Shown here one piece after another: positions 43,554 through 53,964 of a DNA stretch of 64,000 nucleotides. The DNA comes from an uncultured Clostridia bacterium (lineage in GTDB: Bacteria; Bacillota; Clostridia; DUPQ01), in NCBI GenBank assembly GCA_963766335.1, contig CAVXZA010000002.1, forward strand, positions 1,615,530 through 1,679,529. Reading direction: 5' to 3'. Position 1 is the first letter of the stretch. The number at the start of each line of letters is the position of its first letter. The notes under the pieces were generated by a model. That model made no database searches. It saw only the letters and a program-made list of their open reading frames with translations, and was not told the origin of the DNA. The position numbers and the translations under genes were made by a program.

Positions 43554-44145
43554 ACCTGTATCCTCAAAGTAAAGAGATCATTTAAGTTCACTGCGTTAGC
43601 CGCTGTCAATCAATATATTTATATAATAGATGTTTGCCCGGTGGAACACTTAAAATTCTTATCAAGTATCCTAAATAGTACAAAAAATATATATGCATAT
43701 ATTATTACTTAGCGAAATAATGATATATTCATAGATTAATTAAGTCAATTATTATAAAGGAGGACTTAAAAATCAATTCCTCACTATTCATTTCGGAGAA
43801 GAAGATTCAAAACCGTACGTCCCATCATTAAGCGTGCCTTATTTCAATATTTACCTAAGAGTTTTGAGTAAGTACAAAAACAGTTTTAGAAATGTGAGGG
43901 CACTGTTTATGCTCTCAAGAGTAGTGTTAGAGTTAGGTCTAAACACAATTTCCAGTAACGCGAATGCACTTTTCAATAGATTCATATTAGTGTAAATAAG
44001 TATCGTTAAGTACTTTGATAAAGGCGTTTCTTTGAGCTGTGTTTGTTCATTAAGTACATTTAAGATTATATAGGTTATTCGAAGAAGTGTAACCAAAATG
44101 TTACCACGGAATTAATTGTCTCATCATGTCTGTTATTTTGACTTA

Positions 44146-44190
44146 TTTGTAATCACCAAAAACCCCGGAGGTTTTTGGTGATTTTCTTTT
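44146..44190 (+). terminator. Orphan terminator-like hairpin in AT-rich intergenic region
   Basis: atcaccaaaaacc ccgga ggtttttggtgat (13-bp perfect stem) + tttcttttattt. No plus-strand CDS upstream. Confidence 0.5.
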
Positions 44191-44297
44191 ATTTACTTTT
44201 ATTTATACATGGATACAGTATAAAGATATTTAGCATCATATATTTACAACAAGTCATTTGGTCTATATTATGAAATCAGGCAGTTAAGGAGGCAGAG

Positions 44298-45419
44298 GTG
44301 AAGATAATATTTAAAAATCTGTTAACCAGCACAATCAGACTGGCAAGAACCCTATATTACATGCGTATTTGCAGAAGAATCGTAAAGAAAAAATATCTAA
44401 AACCAACAGATTCAATATCCAAAAGTTATAAAAAGGATATTGAACGGTACTGGAGAAATTATGGGGTAAAGGTTTGCACCGATTGGCATAAGTGTTATAC
44501 AAGCAGAAACGGAATAGAGGATGTAAGATACATACCGGAAGATCTGTTCTACAGTAAAATTGAACCTGCACTTAACAATCAAAGATTCAGCCTACCCTAT
44601 GAAGATAAGTCATTATTCGATTTATTAATGACTGATTTTAAAAAAGCAGTTACTGTTGTAAGAAATGTAAATGGTAGCTTTCTTAATTCCCGTTACGAGC
44701 TAATTTCTTTTAGACGGGCTATAGAAGCTTGTATGGGCATAGGTGAAATTGTAATTAAGCCTACAATTTATTCGGGTGGCGGCAGAGAAGTTTTGTTTAT
44801 TAATCCTAGTGAAGATGAAGAAGCCTTTGAACATATAAAGAATATCTTTTTGAAATATAAAAGGGATTTTATTGTGCAGGAACCTATTGTCCAGCATGAA
44901 GAATTTCATAAAATGAACCCTGATTCAGTCAATACGATGAAATTTGTTTCATTGTTAATGGATGACAGTGTCAGTATAGTATCAACACATATAAGGGTTG
45001 GTCTTAAAGGCAATAGGGTAGATAACTTAAACAATGGGGGATGCTCAGTAGGAGTAGATGAAAACGGAGGTTTGTTTGAAATCGGATTTACAAGCGATGG
45101 AGAAGAAGTAACTTTTCTCCCCAATGGATATACGTTCAAAGGGAAAAAACTACCCGGTTATAAAAAGGCAGTTGAGCTTGTAAAAAAGGCGCATCTTAAA
45201 CTTGGTCATTTCAGACTTGTGTCATGGGATATAGCTATAGGAGCTGATGAAACACCTGTATTCATTGAGTACAACCTGTTTTTCCAGGGAATTTCTCTGC
45301 ACCAGATGAACAACGGACCTTTATTCAGTGACAAAACAGAGAAAGTTTTAGAGTTTGTATTTAATAAAAGATACGCTGGAGCAAAGGTAGGAGATGAATC
45401 GGCTCAATATATCTATTGA
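44298..45419 (+). CDS. TupA-like ATP-grasp domain protein (sugar-transfer-associated ATP-grasp)
   Basis: KPTIYSGGGREVLFI, HIRVGLKGNRVDNLNNGG, RLVSWDIAIGADETPVFIEYNL patterns typical of the ATPgrasp_TupA family. GTG start with AAGGAGG ribosome-binding site. Confidence 0.5.
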   Translation: MKIIFKNLLTSTIRLARTLYYMRICRRIVKKKYLKPTDSISKSYKKDIERYWRNYGVKVCTDWHKCYTSRNGIEDVRYIPEDLFYSKIEPALNNQRFSLPYEDKSLFDLLMTDFKKAVTVVRNVNGSFLNSRYELISFRRAIEACMGIGEIVIKPTIYSGGGREVLFINPSEDEEAFEHIKNIFLKYKRDFIVQEPIVQHEEFHKMNPDSVNTMKFVSLLMDDSVSIVSTHIRVGLKGNRVDNLNNGGCSVGVDENGGLFEIGFTSDGEEVTFLPNGYTFKGKKLPGYKKAVELVKKAHLKLGHFRLVSWDIAIGADETPVFIEYNLFFQGISLHQMNNGPLFSDKTEKVLEFVFNKRYAGAKVGDESAQYIY

Positions 45420-45688
45420 AAACATAATATACAACTGACAATGAAAAAGCATTATTTATAGTGGGAAAACATATGAGAGTAACAAATTGACACCAAGAAG
45501 AAAGAAGCTGCCAACAGAATTGATTCTGTTATAAAAAGCGTTTCAAATAGTAAATGAGTTTATGTCCTGCTATGACTAAATCTCGTAGGTTTGCGCACCA
45601 AAATGAGCACCAGGAACCAAAATCAATATATTTCTTAAGTGCGGTTGAAAGCTTAAAACAGACAAAAACCCTTTTAACAAGGGTTTTA

Positions 45689-45730
45689 TGGCGGAGAGGG
45701 ATTCGAACCCATGTCAGGGGTAAACCTGAA
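45689..45730 (-). pseudogene. tRNA-Val-like 3' fragment (anticodon arm TAC + T-arm + acceptor 3' strand), no 5' half
   Basis: Reverse complement TCAGG TTTACCC CTGA CAT GGGTTCGAATCCC TCTCCGCCA. No D-arm or 5' acceptor strand is present upstream. Adjacent minus-strand terminator hairpin 45668-45688. Confidence 0.45.
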
Positions 45731-45794
45731 CACGATTTCCAGTAGTATTCAATACGGTGGTATAATTGATGGTGATTAAATAAAGGGGTTTGAT

Positions 45795-47165
45795 ATGCGT
45801 GAATATATTTTACATCCGTGGCGGGTGAGTATGCGAACCAACTGCCATGATAGGTTTGAACCATTACACAAATACGTCGGCAACCCGGTTTTTACAGGCG
45901 GACAGCCGTGGGAGCCAAGGACTGCATGGCCAACGGTTCTGTTTATTCCAGAAGAAAATCTCTTTAAAATGTGGTATCTGGCAATAGTCGAAGGGGAAGA
46001 TGACACAGATGATGTCCTCGTGATTGACAATGCAGTTGTAAAGAAGAATAAGTTTTATATCTGCTATGCCGAATCTTCTGACGGGATAGAATGGGAACGG
46101 CCTGAGCTTAATATTATCAGGGCGAAGAAATATCCCGGCAACAATATAATAATTGAAAATACGGGAAGGTATGTTGACGGACCTTCAGTTGCCTATGACC
46201 CCGGAGACCCGGACTCGGCCAGACGTTATAAGGCTGCATATTATGAGCATGATGGCAAGAAAATGGGTGTAAGGACCAAAGTGTCGCCTGACGGAATTCA
46301 TTGGACTGAAGAAGGGGAGTTTCCGGTGCTTCCCAGCCAGGATGCTATGAAAATGTACCATGACGCAGAAGCCGGTATGTTCTATATGTTGCTTAAGGAC
46401 AGGATTATGAACAGACGCTCAAGGCTGGTGTCGGAAAGCAGGGATTTTAAGAACTGGAGTGAACCGCGGGAATTTCTGGCCCCGAACCTGGGTGATAACG
46501 ATACAACAAATTTCTATGATATGTGCATGTTTAAAAACGGTGATATTACCATGGCTTTTGCAACTATTTTTGATGCAGCCACACAGTTCTCGCACTCTGA
46601 ACTCATCATGTCTGAACCCGGTTCAATCGCAGAAAGATTTCCGGCGCGGCCGGCTGTACTGAATCCAGGTGATTATGGTTCATGGGACGGCGGTGGAGTA
46701 TATACTTCATCCGGCGCGCCGATTGAGTTCAATGGTAAAATGCGGTACTACTATTACGGCTCCTCCAGACGGCATGACAGTTACCTTTTCCAAGAGAAAT
46801 ATAAAAAGATGATAGGTGATGATGTATGCTGGACCGGACTAGGGTTCGCCGAATATGACAAAGGAAGACTTTGCGGGCAGCAATTTCTGGGAGAAGGGAT
46901 GGTCGAGACAACAGCCATTAGAAAATCGGGGGCGAAACTTTACGTAGATGCAGTTGTACCTGAAAAACTTCGGGTTTCAATCACACGCTGCGGTTATTCC
47001 ATGCCATATGAAGGGTTTTCAGGAGACAAGTGCCGTCCGATATCCGGTGATGGATTGTTTGAAATAAGCTGGCCGGGGAAAACTTTAGATGATATCACTG
47101 ATGATTACATAAGGATCAAGGTCGAAGGAAAGAACGCCATTATATATGGCTATAGGTTTGAATGA
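45795..47165 (+). CDS. Hypothetical protein, possible five-bladed beta-propeller glycosidase/phosphorylase-like (GH43/GH130-like)
   Basis: Repeated SxDGxxW-type motifs (SSDGIEWE, SPDGIHWT), D/E-rich blades. No secretion signal. Confidence 0.3.
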   Translation: MREYILHPWRVSMRTNCHDRFEPLHKYVGNPVFTGGQPWEPRTAWPTVLFIPEENLFKMWYLAIVEGEDDTDDVLVIDNAVVKKNKFYICYAESSDGIEWERPELNIIRAKKYPGNNIIIENTGRYVDGPSVAYDPGDPDSARRYKAAYYEHDGKKMGVRTKVSPDGIHWTEEGEFPVLPSQDAMKMYHDAEAGMFYMLLKDRIMNRRSRLVSESRDFKNWSEPREFLAPNLGDNDTTNFYDMCMFKNGDITMAFATIFDAATQFSHSELIMSEPGSIAERFPARPAVLNPGDYGSWDGGGVYTSSGAPIEFNGKMRYYYYGSSRRHDSYLFQEKYKKMIGDDVCWTGLGFAEYDKGRLCGQQFLGEGMVETTAIRKSGAKLYVDAVVPEKLRVSITRCGYSMPYEGFSGDKCRPISGDGLFEISWPGKTLDDITDDYIRIKVEGKNAIIYGYRFE

Positions 47166-47655
47166 TATGATTACTGAAGACTACATTCTGAAATTAATAC
47201 GGCTGGCCACTGAGTTCGTTGTAAAAGCACTGGGACTTGCCAAAGAGGGAGACTTCCTCACCAGTGAAAAAACCCTTGAAAACGGCCTTCAGGACCTCAC
47301 CGGAATCAGCATAGACACTTTAAAGACCCTTGAAGCTGAATCCCTTATGTCTATCCTAAGCGACAATAGGGCAAGTATATTTGTAATTGCGCAGTTCCTT
47401 GGGACATTGGCAGAGGTTGAAAAACAAAAGGGCATGCTTGACTTATATTATATATACCTTAAGAAAGCACTCAGGTTATACCTTTCAATCCACATGGATG
47501 AAGACCTTGAAACCGATGGTCCTATCATAGAGACTTATAGCAAGACAAGAGATACAATTTATGATTCTGATTTGCTGGTGGAGTTATTAGAATTTTTCAA
47601 ATCAAAGGGCGATGCCGGTGAATGTGACCATATAGCATTATTATTAGCAGAATAA
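47146..47655 (+). CDS. Hypothetical protein
   Basis: 169-aa ORF, alpha-helical, overlaps upstream gene end by 20 nt (possible coupling). Confidence 0.35.
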   Translation: MAIGLNDMITEDYILKLIRLATEFVVKALGLAKEGDFLTSEKTLENGLQDLTGISIDTLKTLEAESLMSILSDNRASIFVIAQFLGTLAEVEKQKGMLDLYYIYLKKALRLYLSIHMDEDLETDGPIIETYSKTRDTIYDSDLLVELLEFFKSKGDAGECDHIALLLAE

Positions 47656-47659
47656 CCGA

Positions 47660-49039
47660 TTACTTTTTGTTTTCTGAACCTTCCCTGAGCACAATTGCCT
47701 TTTCCATCCATTTCTTGGAACGGAAGATGAATATCATGATAATGACAGTAATAAGGTGCGACAAGCCCATCCCAAGCCACATTCCCGATGCGCCGAGGCT
47801 TGTATATGAGAATAGATAGGCAAGGGGAACCCGAAGAACAAAAAGTGATATCAGCGTAGTGATGAAGACCGAGCGTGAGTCACCCGCACCGTACCATGCG
47901 AATATCATTGCAACCCTTAGTCCAAGGAAGCAGAAGAATGAGAAGTTGTAGTAAAAATAGAATCGGCCCAGGTCGACAACTGCCGGGTCATTTGTGAACA
48001 CCGACAGAAGCGGGCGTGCGAATATAATAAACAACAGAGTTAGCAAAACAATTGAAATAAATATGAATTTCATGGACTCTGTTGCAGTCTTATAGGCCCT
48101 GTCCCGGTTTCTTGCCCCAAGATTCTGACCAACCATTGTTGCCGATGCCTGACCTATGGCAGCCATGGGCAGATAAAGCAGGGAATCAAATCGTATCCCG
48201 ATGCCATGGGCAGCCGTAGCGACAGAACCGAATGTGTTCATTCTTCCCAAAATAAGCATTGTTCCGAATGCAACTGACATTTCGGAGAGGCTTGACGGAA
48301 TTCCTATTCTGAATATTTCTTTTGTGATTTTCAAATCTATTCTAAAATGCCTCATCTTAACACCAAGAGGACAATCTTTTTGGACAATCCTATAAAATAG
48401 ATAGAAAGAAAGCAGAGCCCTGGCAATAACAGTTGCATAGGCAGCTCCTGCGACGCCAAGTTTAGGGAAGAACAGCCATCCGTAAATTAGGAGCGGGTCA
48501 AGTACAATATTTATAATATTCGAAACTATGCTTGCAACCATAGGGGTTTTTGTGTCGCCGACGCCTCTTAGCATACTTTGGAATACATAGAATGTGAACA
48601 TGAAGAACATACCCACCATTATGATTGTAAAGTACTCATCCGCAAGTGGTATTACATCTGGATCCGTCTGCAGAAGTTTGAAAATCCATTGCTTTGTCAA
48701 TATGCCAGTAATTGTTACAACGAAAGCCAGGCTGCAGATAACTATAATTGACGTGTGGACGGTTTTTTCCAGATTGTCGTGGTCTTTTGCTCCGAAATAC
48801 TGGCTTATCAAGGTGGTTGTAGCAGTTGACAATCCGATGGCAAATGCGACAAGCAGAAAGACAACATTAAATGCTATTGTAACAGCTGCAATTGCATCAG
48901 CGCTGTTTTCAAGCTGACCGACGAAAAAAGTATCGGCAATATTATAAAAGACATTGGCAAGGTTCGAAACAGCTATCGGCCATGCCAACTTCATCATGTT
49001 TTTTGTTATCGGGCCTTTTGTTGCGTCTATGTTCCTCAT
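47660..49039 (-). CDS. MATE family efflux transporter
   Basis: 459 aa, 12 TM helices, MATE-type N-terminus. Confidence 0.8.
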   Translation of the reverse strand: MRNIDATKGPITKNMMKLAWPIAVSNLANVFYNIADTFFVGQLENSADAIAAVTIAFNVVFLLVAFAIGLSTATTTLISQYFGAKDHDNLEKTVHTSIIVICSLAFVVTITGILTKQWIFKLLQTDPDVIPLADEYFTIIMVGMFFMFTFYVFQSMLRGVGDTKTPMVASIVSNIINIVLDPLLIYGWLFFPKLGVAGAAYATVIARALLSFYLFYRIVQKDCPLGVKMRHFRIDLKITKEIFRIGIPSSLSEMSVAFGTMLILGRMNTFGSVATAAHGIGIRFDSLLYLPMAAIGQASATMVGQNLGARNRDRAYKTATESMKFIFISIVLLTLLFIIFARPLLSVFTNDPAVVDLGRFYFYYNFSFFCFLGLRVAMIFAWYGAGDSRSVFITTLISLFVLRVPLAYLFSYTSLGASGMWLGMGLSHLITVIIMIFIFRSKKWMEKAIVLREGSENKK

Positions 49040-49193
49040 GCTTCCCCCATACCATTAAATAATATCATCAGGCAGCTGACGGCACAATAAAAACACGCAA
49101 AATCCATTTTAAGTTGATTTTCAGTTTGCCCGAAATACCATTGGGGCTTATACTGGAATGGGGTTATTATTCAAATCTTTGGGGGCAAGTTTT

Positions 49194-51020
49194 ATGGCTA
49201 TATATGAGTGCAGGGAAAATAACGAGAACCACATAAAAATAAGCAAGGATGCATGCGAATCGGTTATATTCGGGACAAAAAAAGTAGTATCCGGCATCTG
49301 CAATGCTTTTTCCTCAAATCAAGGGAAGCTAAAAATAGCCTTTGACGGCTGGTATGGAATAGAATGGGATTCCATTCTTGAAAAGATTGTAAAAGCCTGC
49401 AGTGAAATGGGGGTATCTATTGAGACAATTCATTCAAGTGCAAATTTTCTTAACAAGGAAGGTTTAGAGAGGTATAAACAGAAGTTTATCACCGAGGACC
49501 CTGCGTTTGGCTGGGAAAACCTTGACGGAACCATAGAAGACATATTGGATTCGAAAAAAACTAAGCAAACTAAAGATATTTTTGATAATAATGATTTTAG
49601 CTCAGATGTGCTGATTATATATGGCCCCGGATGTACGGCAGGAGGCTTGGCAGACAGCTGCGACCTCATATATTATTTTGACAAACTGGTTCAGTATGTT
49701 CTGCTGATGATGTGGGATTCCAAAATCGAACCCTTTGGCTATGATGCGCCTGAAAAAGAATATTTCTGGAAAGAATATTATTACTGCGATTATCATCTGC
49801 TGCTTAAACATAAACTTAATATAGCTGGTAGGATGGATTACTATATCGACGCATTGGAAACGGATGATCTTAAGATGCTTCCGCGCGCAGCTTATGACGA
49901 GATTATCAGGGCTTTAGTTAGCTATCCGGTCAAATGCATTGAAACATACCAGGGAGGTCCCTGGGGGGCTTACCGATTTAAGCAACTTGAGGATATCAAA
50001 GGGCTTGAGTGCAATGCCTGGCATACTATGACCAGCCCCGACCTTAGTATGGAGGTCGATTTCGGAGGGGAAAAAATGCTAAACCTGCCGTTTATCCTTC
50101 TGATGCAATATCCTGAAAAGCTTGTTGGTAGTTATGTGTCCCAAGAATACCCGATGTTGTTCCCGTTCCAGGTAGGGCTTGATGACGGTTGGTTCCCCAA
50201 ACCCATGCCCAGGGAAAGAACTGCCATGCCCATGCATAACCATCCGGGCATTGACTACTGCAGAAAACATTTCAATGAAATCTACGGCAGGTATGAGACC
50301 TATTATATTGTAGAAGCATATGAAAACGGCGGTTCTTTCATGGGATATAAGGATGACTGCGACCTGGAGGAATGGGAAAGGAAATGCAGGGAGTCCGATA
50401 ATACAGCCTTGATTTCTGATTGGCAGGATTACTGTAAATTCTGGGATACTAAGACAGGAGACCTGTTTTTAATTCCCCCCGGTACGGTTCATGGGCACGG
50501 GGGCAACCAAATGGTACTGGAAATGGATACCTGCCCCGCAATTGCCGGAAATGAATATTCTTTTTTCCTTCATGATTTTGCCAGAAAAACCTGGGATGAT
50601 AATAAAAAAACCATGACTGGCAAACCAATGAGAATGCATCTGGACCATGGATTTGACAATGAGCATTGGAGAAGAGAATCGTATATAAAAGAAAATCTCA
50701 GAGCCAGGCCGAAAGTAGTTTATTCAAAGGATGATTATTGCATTGAGAGATATTCTTCAATTACTGAAATGCCGTTCCATATTGAAAGAATTCACTATTA
50801 TGACCGTGCGGAATATTCAACTTATGGCAAATATACGCATGTACTTACCCTTACCCGCGGCAAGAGGGCGATGATTAGGTCGCTGAATAATCCGGAGCAT
50901 AAGGCTGAGATCGTAAGGTATCATAATGCTGTGATACCGGCGGCATTCGGAGATTATGAGCTTATAAGCCTGGATGGAGGATTTAACACCATAGTTCTGA
51001 TAAGGCTTAAGAAAGGCTGA
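49194..51020 (+). CDS. Hypothetical protein with C-terminal cupin resembling type I phosphomannose isomerase
   Basis: HNHPG...FLIPPGTVHGHGGNQMVLE pattern similar to the PMI zinc/cupin core. About 230-aa N-terminal extension. Start 49194 (GGGGG ribosome-binding site) preferred over 49158. Confidence 0.3.
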   Translation: MAIYECRENNENHIKISKDACESVIFGTKKVVSGICNAFSSNQGKLKIAFDGWYGIEWDSILEKIVKACSEMGVSIETIHSSANFLNKEGLERYKQKFITEDPAFGWENLDGTIEDILDSKKTKQTKDIFDNNDFSSDVLIIYGPGCTAGGLADSCDLIYYFDKLVQYVLLMMWDSKIEPFGYDAPEKEYFWKEYYYCDYHLLLKHKLNIAGRMDYYIDALETDDLKMLPRAAYDEIIRALVSYPVKCIETYQGGPWGAYRFKQLEDIKGLECNAWHTMTSPDLSMEVDFGGEKMLNLPFILLMQYPEKLVGSYVSQEYPMLFPFQVGLDDGWFPKPMPRERTAMPMHNHPGIDYCRKHFNEIYGRYETYYIVEAYENGGSFMGYKDDCDLEEWERKCRESDNTALISDWQDYCKFWDTKTGDLFLIPPGTVHGHGGNQMVLEMDTCPAIAGNEYSFFLHDFARKTWDDNKKTMTGKPMRMHLDHGFDNEHWRRESYIKENLRARPKVVYSKDDYCIERYSSITEMPFHIERIHYYDRAEYSTYGKYTHVLTLTRGKRAMIRSLNNPEHKAEIVRYHNAVIPAAFGDYELISLDGGFNTIVLIRLKKG

Positions 51021-51060
51021 AGATATATCTCAATTGCATTTGCTCCGGCTAATGTTTTGT

Positions 51061-51089
51061 TGACAGTTGTATGGTATTGATTTAGAATG
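51061..51089 (+). promoter_or_regulatory. Sigma-A type promoter for alaS leader
   Basis: TTGACA - 17 nt - TAGAAT. Confidence 0.6.
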
Positions 51090-51094
51090 AAACT

Positions 51095-51306
51095 GCGTTC
51101 ATGGGGACGAGTAACCGGAGGATTAGTTTCAGAAAGAAAGCGGTTGATGAGAGCTTTTACATGAAACCGGCGAAGGCTGACCCACAGCATCCTTTCCCAA
51201 TAAGTAAGGACGACTAAACCGCGTTAAGGTTCCGAGTGCTTCCGTAAGGAAGAATCAGGGTGGTACCGCGAGTAACTCTCGTCCCTTTCAGGGATGGGGG
51301 TTTTTT
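51095..51306 (+). promoter_or_regulatory. T-box: T-box riboswitch leader (tRNA-Ala responsive)
   Basis: Conserved T-box sequence AATCAGGGTGGTACCGCG at 51253-51270. Terminator hairpin cgtccct...agggatggg + tttttt at about 51280-51306. Candidate GCU specifier at 51176-51178. Confidence 0.85.
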
Positions 51307-51348
51307 AATTTTAGGGAAATCCTGCAACTATAATATTTGAGGTGTAAG

Positions 51349-53964
51349 ATGGAAAAATTATCATTGAATGTACTTAGGACAAAGTTTTTAGAGTTTTTTG
51401 AAAGCAAAGGGCATCTTGCAGTGCCCAGCTTTTCGCTTGTGCCGGATAACGACCCAAGTATATTGCTAATAAATGCGGGGATGACGCCTCTTAAGCCATA
51501 TTTTACAGGAGCAAAAAAACCTCCCTCAAACAGAATGGCTTCATGTCAGAAATGCCTTAGGACCCTTGATATAGAAAGTGTTGGCATTACAGACCGGCAT
51601 GGGTCATATTTTGAAATGCTTGGTAATTTTTCCTTTGGCGACTATTTTAAAAGAGAAGCTATTGCCTGGGCCTGGGAATTTTTCACGGAAGTATTGGAAA
51701 TCCCGGAAGAATTATTGTCTCCAACCGTTTATCTTGATGATGATGAGGCATATGATATCTGGACAAAGGATATAGGTTTTGCTGAGGAGAAAGTTTCCAG
51801 ACTTGGCAAAGAGGATAACTTCTGGGAACATGGAATCGGACCATGCGGGCCTTGTTCAGAAATTTTCTTCGACAGGGGAGCTAAATACGGATGCAGTGAT
51901 CCTAAATGTGCCCCGGGTTGCGACTGCGACCGCTATATTGAAGTGTGGAATCTGGTTTTTACTCAGTTTGATAAGCAGGAAAATGGCGAATATGTGCCAC
52001 TTGACATGAAAAATATTGATACGGGGATGGGGCTTGAACGGCTTGCATGTGTTATGCAGGAAGTTGATAACCTGTTTGAAGTAGATACCATAAAAAGCAC
52101 CCTTGACAAGACTTGTGAACTTGCAGATATTGAATATAAGAAGGATGCAAAGAAAGATATTTCAATCAGGCTTATCACCGATCATGTAAGAAGCTCGGTA
52201 ATGCTGGTATCTGATGGTGTAATTCCTTCAAATGAAGGCAGGGGATATGTACTTAGACGTCTTTTAAGAAGAGCTGCACGGCATGGAAGGCTCCTTGGAA
52301 TCAAAGGAATATTCATGACTGAAATAGTAAAGGATGTCATTCGTCAGTCAGGAGGAGCTTATCCTGAACTTGTCAGCAGACAGGAGTATATTGAAAAAGT
52401 TATAATGATTGAAGAAGAGCGTTTCCAGACCACCGTTGACCAGGGGATTGCTATACTGACTAATATTATTGATGAAATAAAAGAAAAAGACAGCGATACA
52501 CTTGATGGACTCAATATTTTCAAACTGCATGACACTTTTGGCTTTCCATATGAGCTTACAGAGGAAATAGCCGCTGAAAACAATATAAAAATGGATGAAG
52601 AGGGCTTTAAGGTTCAGATGCAGAAGCAGAAGGAAATGGCTCGTAACGCCCAGAAAGCCGAGGATGGTTCCCAGGCGTGGGGCGGCGGTGAAGAAGATGC
52701 CTTTGAAGATGTAGCGCCGTCTGTATTTACAGGTTATGATAATCTAACTGACAGAGGGATTGTTCTGAAAATCGTAAAATTGGGGGATATGGTTGAAGTA
52801 GCGCTAGACAAGACGCCGTTTTATGCTGAAAGCGGCGGGCAGGTCGGAGACACAGGAATTATCCGGAGCGGTGATGACTTTGAAATGATCGTTGTGGACT
52901 GTATTAAGACTCATACAGGTGTTTATGTACATAAAGGCAAAATAGTTTCAGGTGCCGTTTCTGAAGGCGATGAAGTTACCTGTGAAGTTAGCGAGAAATT
53001 GAGAAAAGCAACAGAAAGAAACCATACGGCTACCCATATCCTGCAATTTGCACTTCAGGAAGTACTCGGAAGCCATGTTGCACAGGCAGGATCACATGTC
53101 GGACCTGATAGAATGAGATTTGATTTTACCCATTTTTCAGCAATGACGTCGGATGAGGTTAAGAAGGTTGAGGATATTGTCAATGAAAAAATCCTCGATG
53201 ATGCCGCGGTCAAGCTTGAGAACATGGGTATAGCCGAAGCCCGGGAAAAGGGTGCAATGGCTTTGTTCGGCGAAAAGTATGGAGATACCGTCAGGGTTGT
53301 AAGTACAGGTGACTTCAGCATAGAGCTTTGCGGTGGGACACACCTTGAGCATACTTCGTCTGCAGGATTGTTCATTATCGTATCCGAAAGCGGAGTAGCC
53401 GCCGGAGTCAGGAGGATTGAAGCCCTGACCGGGGCAAGTGCCCTGGCATATCTTCAGGATAAGAGGGAAAATCTTGAAAAAGTCGCAGGTTCTATAAAAT
53501 CTACGGATTCAGATGCACCTGAGAAGGTTGGAAAATTGCTAATGGACCTTAAGACTGCAAGAAAAGAGATTAATAATCTCAAGAAAAAGGCTGCGTCAGG
53601 TTCTGTTTCAAATGTTCTTGATAATCCTGAGGAAATAAATGGCACAAAAATTATAGTGGCAGAAATAAAGGGAGCGGATATGAATACCCTTAGAAGCATG
53701 TGTGATGCAGCGCGTGAAAAATATGATGATTGCGTTGTATTGCTTGGAAGCGGGGAAGGCAGGATTAGCTTTGCTGCTGCCGCTACCAAAAAAGCCGTTG
53801 AAAAAGGCATTCATTCCGGTAAAATAATCGGACAGGTAGCAAAAGTAACCGGAGGGGGAGGCGGCGGACGTCCTGATATGGCCCAGGCCGGGGGGAAAGA
53901 CGCTTCTAAACTCAAAGAGGCCCTGGAAAAGGGTATCGAACTTATAGGGGAGGTATTGAAATGA
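51349..53964 (+). CDS. alaS: Alanine--tRNA ligase
   Basis: 872 aa. Class II motifs, editing-domain HxxxH...CGGTH, C-terminal GGGGGRPDMAQAGG (DHHA1). GAGGTG ribosome-binding site. Confidence 0.95.
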   Translation: MEKLSLNVLRTKFLEFFESKGHLAVPSFSLVPDNDPSILLINAGMTPLKPYFTGAKKPPSNRMASCQKCLRTLDIESVGITDRHGSYFEMLGNFSFGDYFKREAIAWAWEFFTEVLEIPEELLSPTVYLDDDEAYDIWTKDIGFAEEKVSRLGKEDNFWEHGIGPCGPCSEIFFDRGAKYGCSDPKCAPGCDCDRYIEVWNLVFTQFDKQENGEYVPLDMKNIDTGMGLERLACVMQEVDNLFEVDTIKSTLDKTCELADIEYKKDAKKDISIRLITDHVRSSVMLVSDGVIPSNEGRGYVLRRLLRRAARHGRLLGIKGIFMTEIVKDVIRQSGGAYPELVSRQEYIEKVIMIEEERFQTTVDQGIAILTNIIDEIKEKDSDTLDGLNIFKLHDTFGFPYELTEEIAAENNIKMDEEGFKVQMQKQKEMARNAQKAEDGSQAWGGGEEDAFEDVAPSVFTGYDNLTDRGIVLKIVKLGDMVEVALDKTPFYAESGGQVGDTGIIRSGDDFEMIVVDCIKTHTGVYVHKGKIVSGAVSEGDEVTCEVSEKLRKATERNHTATHILQFALQEVLGSHVAQAGSHVGPDRMRFDFTHFSAMTSDEVKKVEDIVNEKILDDAAVKLENMGIAEAREKGAMALFGEKYGDTVRVVSTGDFSIELCGGTHLEHTSSAGLFIIVSESGVAAGVRRIEALTGASALAYLQDKRENLEKVAGSIKSTDSDAPEKVGKLLMDLKTARKEINNLKKKAASGSVSNVLDNPEEINGTKIIVAEIKGADMNTLRSMCDAAREKYDDCVVLLGSGEGRISFAAAATKKAVEKGIHSGKIIGQVAKVTGGGGGGRPDMAQAGGKDASKLKEALEKGIELIGEVLK

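Noticed and set aside
43851-44096. 81-aa minus-strand ORF in the AT-rich islet
   Set aside because: Low-complexity Leu/Ile/Asn/Lys-rich translation expected from AT-rich DNA. No ribosome-binding site. Region better explained as non-coding.
45689-45775. Full-length tRNA-Val on the minus strand
   Set aside because: Anticodon arm, T-loop and acceptor 3' strand are present, but no complementary 5' acceptor strand (GGCGGAG) or D-arm can be found upstream, and the T-stem is only 3 bp. Called a fragment or pseudogene instead.
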